The notes beneath the pieces were generated by a model. It saw only the letters and a list, made by a program, of their open reading frames with translations. It was not told the DNA's origin and did no database searches. A stretch of DNA of 8,023 nucleotides from an uncultured archaeon (GTDB lineage: Archaea; Iainarchaeota; Iainarchaeia; Iainarchaeales; 0-14-0-20-30-16), in assembly GCA_964565725.1 (NCBI GenBank), contig CAZMGA010000025.1, positions 1 through 8,023 of the forward strand. The letters are read 5' to 3'. Numbering within the stretch: position 1 is the stretch's first letter; every line of letters starts with the position of its first letter. A program made the translations under genes and the position numbers. Of this stretch, positions 1 to 6,509 are shown piece by piece.

Positions 1-74
1 TTGCGGATATTTTAACAACTTGGTTTATGAATGCTCCAATTTTGTTATGGTATGTTGGGAGTAAAAAGAAGTGA
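1..74 (+). CDS. secF: C-terminal fragment of protein-export membrane protein SecF (truncated by window edge)
   Basis: Frame starting at nt 3 reads ADILTTWFMNAPILLWYVGSKKK*, stop TGA 72-74. It resembles the SecF C-terminal tail (D-[IV]-[LI]-[NT]-TW-x-x-N-A-x-[IL]) and is directly upstream of secD. Confidence 0.75.
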   Translation, partial: ADILTTWFMNAPILLWYVGSKKK

Positions 75-79
75 TATTT

Positions 80-1648
80 ATGAATGTTTTTAAAAATGTC
101 AAAGTAATTATTTTTTTAGTAGTATTAATTTTAGGAGCTATAATTTTAGCTGTTAAAGGTATAGATTATGGTTTGGATTTTAAAGGAGGAACACAATTTA
201 TTTTAACTTTAGATAAAGAAGTTGATGCTTCCACCATGGATAAAATGCAATCTACTATAGCTCAAAGATTGGATTGGACTGGTTTACAAGACGTAAAAGT
301 AACTAGTTGGGATTCAAAATATATAGGGGTTCAAATTGCCGAAAGTGATCCAGAAAAAATTGCTCAATTAGAAGAATTACTACAAAAACAAGGTCGTTTT
401 GAATGTATATTTAAAGAGAAAATACTATTTACTGGTGATGATGTAATAACAGTAAGTAAAAGTGCAGAAGGCGGTTATGGTATATTTAAACACGAAAATT
501 ATTATTCTTGGAGATTGCCTTTTAATTTAAGTGCAAAAGGTGCTAGAGACTTTTCAGAAGGAATTTGGAAAAGTTGTGTTATTTTGCCAGATGGTAGTGC
601 TAATTGTCCAAGTACTTATTTTTATATTGATAGACCTATGAATAGTATTGTTTTAATTCCTCAAGATGTATATGATAACGAAAAATATACAAATAATAAT
701 ATAAAATTAGAAGATATTTTTTCTGTAGCGTCTGTAAATTATAAAGTATATTCTGAGTTAAATGAAGAATTTATAAATTCTTTAAAAAAGGAAATTAAAG
801 ATAAAAACATAACTAATATTTTAGTAAATGCAGAATATGATTATTCTATATTAAATGATTCTAATTTAAATGTTAAAATAATTAGTAAAGAAAAATCAGA
901 AAATTATCCTTGGGTTTGGTCTGCAACTGGTTTAAAAACAATAATTGGTTTAAATAAAGATATTACTAATGTAAATGCAACATCTGTAGATTCTAGTAAT
1001 TTCCAAGTATATTTAAATTTAATTATAGAGGGTTCTGCAGTAGAATTAACTGATGCTCAAAATGAATTAAATGAATTATATGCTATATTAAATTCAGGTT
1101 CTTTGCCTGTTGGTATAGATAATATTTCAAAAGAAACAGTATCTCCAATTTTGGGTAAAAATATTTTAAACAAAATTTTAATAGTTGGTATTATTTCTTT
1201 ATTGGTCGTAGCATTAGTAATATTTTTAAGGTATAAAGATCCAAAAATATTTTTGCCTATATTTTTTGTAGGTACTTCAGAAGTGTTTTTAACAATTGCT
1301 TTTGCATCATTAATAAATTGGCAATTGGATTTGGGAGCAATAGCTGGAATTTTAGCTGCCGTAGGTACTGGTGTTGATGATCAAATTATTATTACCGATG
1401 AATTAGAAAAAAATAAAAAGGAAGAAAAAGAAGAAGGTAGTTTACTTTCAAAAATAAAAAGAGCATTTTTTATTGTATGGATGTCTGCTGCAACACTAGC
1501 TGTAACTATGTTGCCAATAGTGTTTGTATTTGGAGGAGTTCCAAAATTAGTTGGTTTTGCAATAACTACTTTGGCAGGAGCTGCAATAGGGGTTTTTATA
1601 ACAAGACCCGCTTATGCTGTATTTATTAAACATTTATTACAGAAGTAA
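80..1648 (+). CDS. secD: Preprotein translocase / protein-export membrane protein SecD
   Basis: GIDYGLDFKGGTQFIL near the N-terminus; archaeal-type TM motif GILAAVGTGVDDQIIITDELEKNKKE; multiple TM segments at the C-terminus. The ORF track starts at GTG 71, which overlaps the secF TGA; ATG 80 sits just after an AAGTGAT SD-like site and is my preferred start. Confidence 0.95.
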   Translation: MNVFKNVKVIIFLVVLILGAIILAVKGIDYGLDFKGGTQFILTLDKEVDASTMDKMQSTIAQRLDWTGLQDVKVTSWDSKYIGVQIAESDPEKIAQLEELLQKQGRFECIFKEKILFTGDDVITVSKSAEGGYGIFKHENYYSWRLPFNLSAKGARDFSEGIWKSCVILPDGSANCPSTYFYIDRPMNSIVLIPQDVYDNEKYTNNNIKLEDIFSVASVNYKVYSELNEEFINSLKKEIKDKNITNILVNAEYDYSILNDSNLNVKIISKEKSENYPWVWSATGLKTIIGLNKDITNVNATSVDSSNFQVYLNLIIEGSAVELTDAQNELNELYAILNSGSLPVGIDNISKETVSPILGKNILNKILIVGIISLLVVALVIFLRYKDPKIFLPIFFVGTSEVFLTIAFASLINWQLDLGAIAGILAAVGTGVDDQIIITDELEKNKKEEKEEGSLLSKIKRAFFIVWMSAATLAVTMLPIVFVFGGVPKLVGFAITTLAGAAIGVFITRPAYAVFIKHLLQK

Positions 1649-1662
1649 ATATTTCTGTAATA
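1635..1662. repeat. Inverted repeat TATTACAGAA (1635-1644) / TTCTGTAATA (1653-1662), 8-nt spacer, spanning the secD stop codon
   Basis: Base-by-base complementarity is perfect over 10 bp. The RNA stem could extend inward by G-U, U-A and A-U to a 2-nt loop. Confidence 0.8.
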
Positions 1663-1675
1663 TTATTTAATAAGT

Positions 1676-1683
1676 TTTATATA
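1676..1683 (+). promoter_or_regulatory. Archaeal TATA box TTTATATA for the pilin-like gene
   Basis: TTTATATA centred about 26 nt upstream of ATG 1705, preceded by AAG; the geometry fits a leaderless or nearly leaderless transcript. Confidence 0.55.
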
Positions 1684-1704
1684 TTCTCTTTTATATATAT
1701 TATT

Positions 1705-2013
1705 ATGAATTTTAAAGGTCAAGCTAGTTTTGAGTTTTTGTTTATTTTGGGTGTTGTTTTAGTACTTATCATTGTTTCTTTATATGGCGTTTTTAAAGAA
1801 AATAAAGAAATTTCAGCTTTGGGTGTTGTTAAAACCAATATCGATAGTTATTTATTAAAAAATAATTTAAATGTAGATTACAAATTGGAAACTAATATAA
1901 ATGATTCCAATATAATTATTATTATAAATTCTAGTAATGATTTTGATGAATCATTTTTAGAAGATTTAAATAATACTTTAAAAACTGAATTTAATAATGT
2001 ATTTTTGGGGTGA
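1705..2013 (+). CDS. Class III signal peptide-containing (type IV pilin-like) small secreted/membrane protein
   Basis: N-terminus MNFKG|QASFEFLFILGVVLVLIIVSLYG: basic n-region, G-Q cleavage context, Q-x3-E motif and hydrophobic stretch typical of archaeal class III prepilins (DUF361 type). Confidence 0.85.
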   Translation: MNFKGQASFEFLFILGVVLVLIIVSLYGVFKENKEISALGVVKTNIDSYLLKNNLNVDYKLETNINDSNIIIIINSSNDFDESFLEDLNNTLKTEFNNVFLG

Positions 2014-2018
2014 AATAT

Positions 2019-2261
2019 ATGGATAAAAAAAATAATGAACAAGCAGCAATTGGTTTAGTAAAATTATATGTTGAACAAATTGCAAGATTAGGTTTAAAAA
2101 GAAAATTAGATTTAGATAGTATAATTAGTGCATATTTGTATACTTTGGCAAGATTAGATAATAAATCAGAAGAAATGAAAATATTTGATAAATTAGCAGA
2201 TAGTGAAACAGAAGAAGTAAAATCCGAAACAAAAGAAGAAGTATTAAAAGAATTTGTATAA
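2019..2261 (+). CDS. Small hypothetical protein, 80 aa from ATG 2019
   Basis: Open frame with a strong SD (GGGGTGA 2007-2013) 5 nt before ATG 2019. The track start GTG 2010 overlaps the upstream stop and is less likely. Charged helical composition; no family recognised. Confidence 0.7.
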   Translation: MDKKNNEQAAIGLVKLYVEQIARLGLKRKLDLDSIISAYLYTLARLDNKSEEMKIFDKLADSETEEVKSETKEEVLKEFV

Positions 2262-2271
2262 AGGGATTGTA

Positions 2272-3546
2272 GTGTATGTTCTGGATGAATATTCTGTTAA
2301 TAATTTAGATGAAATTATTAATAAAAAAGCAGTATTAGATCTAGAATATTGGTACAAAACAAGTAAAAAACCTTTATTAATTTTTGGACCTACTGGTATT
2401 GGTAAATCAACAATAGTTAATTTATTTGCAAAAAAAAATAATTTAACAATTTATGAACTAACCCCTTCAGATAATAGAGACAAAGAAACTATTGAAAGCA
2501 ATATAAATGCAGTAGCTAATTCTAAAAGTTTATTTAACAATAAAAACTTATTATTTTTTGATGATATAGATGTTTTTTTTTCTGATGACAGAGGTGGTTT
2601 TGAAACTATTTTAAAAGCCACAAAAACAGCTACAAATCCTGTAATTTTTTGTGCTACTAACATTTATGCTGACAAAAAATTATCCGAATTAAGAGAAATT
2701 TGTGAATTAATTGAAATTAAACCTTTATATTCTAATGTCTTATTAAAATATATTGAAAAAATTTTAGAAAGTAAAAAGATAAAATACGAAATTAATGCGT
2801 TAACAGAATTAATAAAATTAAATTCAAATGATTTAAGATCTTTGTTTTTGGATATAGATTTTTTAAAGCATATGGGAATTTACAAAGAAAATTTAAATTT
2901 AATTTCTGGCAGAGAAAGAAAAAATGATGTTTTTAAAACAGTAATTGGTTTATTTAAATCTAAAACATTTGAAGAAGCAAAAAAAATTAGTGATGCTTCA
3001 GAAATAGATTATGATTTATTAAATGAATGGATAATTGAAAATTTACCTTTGTTTTACGAAGGTGAAAATTTAAAAAAAGCATATTATTACTTGTCTTTAG
3101 CGTCATTAAATAAAACAAGAATTTATTCCAGACAAAATTGGATTTTTTTTAAATACTTTTTAATTTTTGGAATTATAGCTCCTACGATGCCTATATATAA
3201 AGATAAATTTAGTTATAAAATATCTTTTCCACAAAGTATAAAAAAAAGAATGAAAGAATCTAGTACATTTGCGAAAAATAAACAATTAGCAAACATCTTT
3301 TCAAAAGTATTTAAAGGTTCAAATTTAAAGATTATTTCTGAATTATATTTATATGAATTTTTTTTAAAATCAGATGAATTTAAAGATTATTTATTATCTA
3401 AATTAACTGAAGAAGAAATAAATGTAATAGAAAATCATTTTAAAACAAAAATTATTTTTAATAATTTAGAAAAATTAGAACCAAAAAAAGAAATAATTAA
3501 AAAAGAGGAATTAAAATTACCTGAAAAACAAAGAAAATTATTTTAA
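2272..3546 (+). CDS. rfcL: Replication factor C large subunit (clamp loader AAA+ ATPase), divergent
   Basis: Walker A GPTGIGKST; ELTPSDNRDKETIE (cf. ELNASDxR); Walker B DDID; DRGGFETILKATKTATNPVIFCATNIY sensor-1 region; LSELREICELIEIKPL; C-terminal KQRKLF. The track start is TTG 2254; GTG 2272 gives MYVLDEYSVNNLDEI, which aligns with the RFC start W(V/T)EKYRPKxLxDI and has AGGG upstream. Confidence 0.88.
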   Translation: MYVLDEYSVNNLDEIINKKAVLDLEYWYKTSKKPLLIFGPTGIGKSTIVNLFAKKNNLTIYELTPSDNRDKETIESNINAVANSKSLFNNKNLLFFDDIDVFFSDDRGGFETILKATKTATNPVIFCATNIYADKKLSELREICELIEIKPLYSNVLLKYIEKILESKKIKYEINALTELIKLNSNDLRSLFLDIDFLKHMGIYKENLNLISGRERKNDVFKTVIGLFKSKTFEEAKKISDASEIDYDLLNEWIIENLPLFYEGENLKKAYYYLSLASLNKTRIYSRQNWIFFKYFLIFGIIAPTMPIYKDKFSYKISFPQSIKKRMKESSTFAKNKQLANIFSKVFKGSNLKIISELYLYEFFLKSDEFKDYLLSKLTEEEINVIENHFKTKIIFNNLEKLEPKKEIIKKEELKLPEKQRKLF

Positions 3547-4574
3547 TCCTTAAAATTTATTGTATTTTCAGGTCTGTTTATAACTTTAAAATCAATTCCG
3601 TTTTTTTTCATAAAATCTATTGATCCTTTTGCCCCTAAATAATCACTATATGTAATAACTTTTTTAATCCCACAATTAACTATTTCTTTTGCGCACATTC
3701 TACAAGGTATGGTTGTACAATATAATGTTGCGTCATTAATATTTGTACCTGTTTTTGCTGCTTGAACTATTGCATTTTGTTCAGCATGTACTGCTCTACA
3801 ATCTTCTGATCCAAATCCAGATTCTAAATTTAATTCATCTTTCCTACAACCCAATTTTAAACAATCTTCAGATCCACTTACAGCCCCATTATAACCAGTA
3901 GATAAAATTCTTTTGTCTTTAACTATTATTGCTCCAACATTATGTCTCCAACAAGTACTTCTCTCAGCAACCACAGATGTAATTTTCATAAAATATTCAT
4001 CCCATGTTAATCTTTTTTTAATATTAAATTTTAAAACAAAATCTATTTTTTTCTTTAAATCTTCTATTGTAGAATCATTGTAAATTAATTTATCTGACAA
4101 TTTATAAACTTTGTCTAATTGTTGCGCATTTTCATTTCCTAATAATTCTTTTTTTTCTTGTTCTTCAAATTCTTTTAATGTTAATGCATTTTCATTTCTA
4201 CCTCTTTTTTTTGCACGCTCAAATCTTAATTCTATTGATGCATTAACCCCTAATAAAATAAACTCATTCATTTTTTTTAGCTCTTCAACTTCTTTTACAT
4301 TTCTTATACTATCTATAACAAAATCTCTTTTGCCTTTATTAAGTTCTTCATTTACTTTTTCGATAATTCTTTTAGCTAAAATGTTTGCTCCAAATTTTTC
4401 TCTTAATTCATTTCCAATGTTAACTAAATTTTCTCGACTTAATTCTAAATTTCTTTTTTTTGTTTCATCTCTAATAACATCACTCAAAGAAAAGTAAGTA
4501 TAATTTTTTTCTTTTAAAATATTTGCAACTTCACTTTTACCAGCTGCATTATATCCACATAAACCAATTATCAT
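3543..4574 (-). CDS. Fusion protein: N-terminal UPF0200/dephospho-CoA-kinase-like P-loop nucleotide kinase + C-terminal dCMP deaminase
   Basis: N-term: MIIGLCGYNAAGKS (P-loop), FSLSDVIRDETKKRNLELSRENL..LREKFG, DFVIDSIRNVKEV. C-term: TCWRHNVGAIIVKDKRILSTGYNG, HAEQNAIVQAAKTG, PCRMCAKEIVNCGIKKVIT, the dCMP/cytidine deaminase zinc motifs (HAE, PCxxC). Confidence 0.92.
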   Translation of the reverse strand: MIIGLCGYNAAGKSEVANILKEKNYTYFSLSDVIRDETKKRNLELSRENLVNIGNELREKFGANILAKRIIEKVNEELNKGKRDFVIDSIRNVKEVEELKKMNEFILLGVNASIELRFERAKKRGRNENALTLKEFEEQEKKELLGNENAQQLDKVYKLSDKLIYNDSTIEDLKKKIDFVLKFNIKKRLTWDEYFMKITSVVAERSTCWRHNVGAIIVKDKRILSTGYNGAVSGSEDCLKLGCRKDELNLESGFGSEDCRAVHAEQNAIVQAAKTGTNINDATLYCTTIPCRMCAKEIVNCGIKKVITYSDYLGAKGSIDFMKKNGIDFKVINRPENTINFKD

Positions 4575-4578
4575 TATA

Positions 4579-5250
4579 TCACCATAAGTTATAAAAAACT
4601 AAAAAAAACATTAAACCCATTAATACTAATAAACTAACCCAAATTATTTTATTCCATCTAAATACTTTAAAACCATCTAATGGAGGAATAGGTATCATGT
4701 TAAAAATACCTAAAAATAAATTAATTTGAACTATTGCAAAAAATATTGTTAATATATATTTATGAGTTATAAAAAAAGAAATAATTAATGCGATAATAGC
4801 CATTACAAAATTAGATAGTGGACCTAATAAAGAAATTATTCCATTTTCTTTTTTAGTTATATTTTTGCCCCAAATATATACGGCGCCAGGTGCTGCAAAA
4901 ACAAAACCACCAGAAGTAATTAAAGACAATCCTATTGCAAATAATAAACCTGTAGGCCAAAACTTAAATTCAGCCTTTGCACCATAATATATTGCGGAAA
5001 ATTTATGTGCTAATTCATGCATAATAAATCCACTTAATGTTGCAATTAATATTATAGGTATTTTTATTAAAAAAGAATTCATATTTTCAGAACCAAAACC
5101 AGACCAGGAAAATGCAAAACTAATTCCTATCCATGCTACAAGTATGTTAAAAAATTCGTTGTTAGTTATTTTAAAACCTTTTTTTTTGTTGTTTAAAGTA
5201 TATCCTAAGTTAGGATCAAAATAAATTTCTGGTTCAATTTCATTAGTCAT
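4579..5250 (-). CDS. Membrane metalloprotease, M50 / site-2 protease family
   Basis: HELAH (HExxH, nt 5005-5019) within a TM segment (LIATLSGFIMHELAHKFSAIYYGA) and a second motif FNMIPIPPLDGFK (M50 N-x-x-P-x-x-x-x-D-G); several predicted TM helices. Confidence 0.88.
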   Translation of the reverse strand: MTNEIEPEIYFDPNLGYTLNNKKKGFKITNNEFFNILVAWIGISFAFSWSGFGSENMNSFLIKIPIILIATLSGFIMHELAHKFSAIYYGAKAEFKFWPTGLLFAIGLSLITSGGFVFAAPGAVYIWGKNITKKENGIISLLGPLSNFVMAIIALIISFFITHKYILTIFFAIVQINLFLGIFNMIPIPPLDGFKVFRWNKIIWVSLLVLMGLMFFLVFYNLW

Positions 5251-5269
5251 AATAATATATAATAATAAA

Positions 5270-5278
5270 TTATATAAA
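5270..5278 (-). promoter_or_regulatory. TATA box (TTTATATAA on - strand) for the M50 protease-deaminase operon
   Basis: Centred about 24-26 nt upstream of the - strand ATG at 5250; leaderless-type geometry. Confidence 0.5.
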
Positions 5279-5320
5279 CTAAATCCTAACGAAAATTTAT
5301 GTTTACTGTTATGTATTTAT

Positions 5321-5339
5321 TAAGCTTTAAATAAGCTTA
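5321..5339. promoter_or_regulatory. Dyad TAAGCTT-TAAAT-AAGCTTA overlapping the TATA-like box TTTAAATA (5326-5333) upstream of glyA
   Basis: Perfect 7-bp inverted repeat (5321-5327 / 5333-5339) around a TTTAAATA sequence about 32 nt upstream of ATG 5362. Confidence 0.5.
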
Positions 5340-5361
5340 GTATTTTTTATATATAGGTATT

Positions 5362-6498
5362 ATGAATAATAAAGAAATAATTGATTTAATTGAAAAACAA
5401 AATAATTTTAGAAACAATTCTATAAATTTAATTGCATCAGAAAATATAATGTTTCCCGAAGTAGAAAAATATTATATTAATGATTTTATGCATAGATATG
5501 CGGAAGGAGAACCATTTAAAAGATATTATAATGGTACTAAATATGTAGATTGTATAGAAGATTTGTGTCAAACTCATTTTAAAAAACATTTTGATATTTT
5601 AAATGTTGATCTGAGACCTATTTCTGGCGCAATAGCTAATTTAGCTGTTTTTTCTGCCTTAAAAAATAAGGGAAAAGTTATTACAAATTCTTTACCTTCT
5701 GGCGGACATATAACACATAATAAAGTAGGGACTTTAGGGAGAATATTAAATTATGATATTAAAAATTTTCCTCAAAACAAAGAAAACCTTTTTGTTTCTG
5801 ATATCGATGATTCAATAAAATTAATCAAAGATTATAATCCTGATTTTATAGTTTTGGGAAAGTCTATGTTTTTATTTCCAGAACCTATAAAAGAAATTAG
5901 AAATGAATTTCCAGAATTAAAAATAATTTATGATGCCGCACATGTTTTTGGATTGATATATCAAAAAGAATTTCAAAATCCTTTTAATGAAGGTGCAGAT
6001 GTAATTACTGCTTCAACACATAAAACGTTTCCTGGGCCTCAAGGTGGTATAATTTTGTCCAAAACAGAAAATAATTTTGATAAATATATGTTTCCCGGAA
6101 TTGTTTCAAACCATCATTTACATAGATTGCCTTCATTATATATGACAGCAAATATTTTGGATAATGAAAAAAAAGATTATGCTAAAAATGTAATATCTAA
6201 TGCAAAATATTTCGCAGAAAAATTATTTGAAAATGGTTTTAATGTATGTTGTGAAAATTATGGTTTTACAAAGAGTCATCAAGTAATTTTAGATGTAAGT
6301 AATTTTAGTAATGGTAGTGACGTTGCAAATAAATTAGAAGCAAATAATATTATAGTAAATAAAAATGCTTTGCCTTGGGATAAAAGTGTAATTAATCCAT
6401 CAGGAATTAGAATTGGAGTACAAGAAATGACTTTGAAAGGATATACAAAAAATGATTTTTCTGAGTTGGCGGAAAATTTTAAAAATATATTATTGTAA
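5362..6498 (+). CDS. glyA: Serine hydroxymethyltransferase (glycine/serine hydroxymethyltransferase), PLP-dependent
   Basis: NLIASENI; HRYAEGEPFKRYYNGTKYVD; DAAHVFGLI; PLP-lysine motif STHKTFPGPQGG (Lys codon 6022-6024); NPSGIRIGVQEMT near the C-terminus. Confidence 0.95.
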   Translation: MNNKEIIDLIEKQNNFRNNSINLIASENIMFPEVEKYYINDFMHRYAEGEPFKRYYNGTKYVDCIEDLCQTHFKKHFDILNVDLRPISGAIANLAVFSALKNKGKVITNSLPSGGHITHNKVGTLGRILNYDIKNFPQNKENLFVSDIDDSIKLIKDYNPDFIVLGKSMFLFPEPIKEIRNEFPELKIIYDAAHVFGLIYQKEFQNPFNEGADVITASTHKTFPGPQGGIILSKTENNFDKYMFPGIVSNHHLHRLPSLYMTANILDNEKKDYAKNVISNAKYFAEKLFENGFNVCCENYGFTKSHQVILDVSNFSNGSDVANKLEANNIIVNKNALPWDKSVINPSGIRIGVQEMTLKGYTKNDFSELAENFKNILL

Positions 6499-6499
6499 A

Positions 6500-6506
6500 G
6501 GGTGAG
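6500..6506 (+). promoter_or_regulatory. Shine-Dalgarno site GGGTGAG for thyX
   Basis: Lies between the glyA stop (6496-6498) and thyX ATG 6510; matches the archaeal anti-SD. Confidence 0.7.
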
Positions 6507-6509
6507 CTT

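Noticed and set aside
71-79. GTG 71 as the secD start (ORF track)
   Set aside because: ATG 80 has better spacing from the AAGTGAT SD-like site overlapping the secF stop; GTG remains possible, hence noted rather than excluded.
2451-2663. - strand 70-aa ORF inside rfcL
   Set aside because: Entirely antisense to the conserved Walker B/sensor-1 region of rfcL; low-complexity Ser/Leu/Lys translation; no recognisable motif.
4111-4497. + strand 128-aa ORF antisense to the kinase-deaminase gene
   Set aside because: Ser/Phe/Asn-rich translation is what is expected from the antisense of Lys/Glu-rich coding sequence; no promoter, SD or motif support.
5251-5361. Possible small RNA or tRNA in the divergent intergenic region
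   Set aside because: No cloverleaf or GC-rich structured segment; the region is explained by two divergent promoters and a short dyad.
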